Source: the human T2T-CHM13v2.0 reference genome, Homo sapiens. From it: a DNA stretch of 64,000 nucleotides. Shown one piece after another: positions 63,188 to 64,000 of this stretch; position 1 is the stretch's first letter, and every line of letters begins with the position of its first letter. The translations under genes and the position numbers were made by a program. Below the pieces are notes generated by a model. It searched no databases. It was not told the DNA's origin and saw only the letters and a program-made list of their open reading frames with translations. The DNA lies in NCBI RefSeq assembly GCF_009914755.1, contig NC_060933.1; one strand, given 5' to 3'.

Positions 63188-64000
63188 AATAAACTTTATT
63201 TTTAGAGTAATTTCAGGCTCACAGCAAAATTGAATAGAGTGTACAGTGTTCGCCACATGTATGCAGTCTCCCCCAGTAAATACATCTGGAACCATAGTTG
63301 TACATTTGTTACAATAAAATAACTCACATTCATACATCCTTATCATCCAGAGCCAATAGTTTACATTAGGGTTCAGTCTTGATTTGTACATTCTATAGGT
63401 TTCAGCAAACATATCCATGTATTCATCATTATTACATTTTACAAAGCAGTTTCACTATCCTAAAAATCCTCAGTACCCTAACTATTTATCCCTCCTTCAC
63501 CCAACAACCCTTGGCAACCCCTAAACTTTTTAATGTTTTCACAGTTTTGTCTTTTCTGTAATGTCATATACATGGAATCGTACAGTATGTAACTTTTTCA
63601 GATTTACTTCTTTGATTTAGTAATATTCATTTAAATTTCCTTTGTCTTTTTATGGCTAGACAGCTCATTTTTTAATGCTGAGTAATATTCCACTGCTTGG
63701 ATATACCACAGTTTATTTATCCATTCACCTATTGAAGGACATCTTGTTTGGTGACAAATTTTGGCAATTATAAATAAAATTGCTATAAACATCTGTAGAC
63801 AGATTTTTGTGAGAATGTAAGTTTTCAATTCATTTGGACAAATGCCAAGGAGTGTGATCATTGTATTATAGGGTAAGAGTATGTTTATATTTGGCAGATA
63901 TGGCCAAAGGGTCTTCCAAAGTGGCTCTACTGTTTTGTATTTCCACCAGCAAATAAGAGTATCTGTTGCTCCATGTCCTCCCCAGCATTTGGTAGTGTCA
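63188..64000 (-). mobile_element. L1MC1/2 3' end, continuing out of the window
   Basis: ORF 63631-63861(-) LLGICPNELKTY...CPSIGEWINKLWYI, plus an L1MC 3'UTR. Confidence 0.8.

Overview
AT-rich primate (catarrhine/ape-type, probably human) intergenic or deep intronic DNA. Most of it is interspersed repeats: L1 of many ages (L1PA3/4 to L1ME), Alu S/Y, ERV LTRs (HERV-K LTR5, ERV9 LTR12C, THE1/MST/MLT, MER67-like) and Tigger/hAT DNA transposon fossils. I find no host protein-coding gene, RNA gene or novel multi-gene system; the longer supplied ORFs are decayed L1, Alu or LTR sequence. The interest lies in rearrangement history. (1) An L1PA14 insertion splits a MER82 and carries both a twin-priming 5' inversion and a ~380-bp 3' transduction with its own AATAAA and poly(A). 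(2) A 6.4-kb L1 has an L1PA7 body but an L1PA4/5 3' end, and a separate, opposite-strand L1PA7 3' fragment starts at the same L1 coordinate as the switch, suggesting an ~11-kb L1-mediated inversion. (3) A ~1.37-kb, ~94-95% identical direct duplication of mostly unique sequence lies 17 kb from its source. (4) A patchwork templated insertion sits inside a microsatellite. (5) A left-right-right AluY trimer and a collapsed inverted-Alu scar are present. (6) A CCAAT-rich solo LTR12C is a candidate promoter. Subfamily calls come from recalled consensus sequences, not from alignments.
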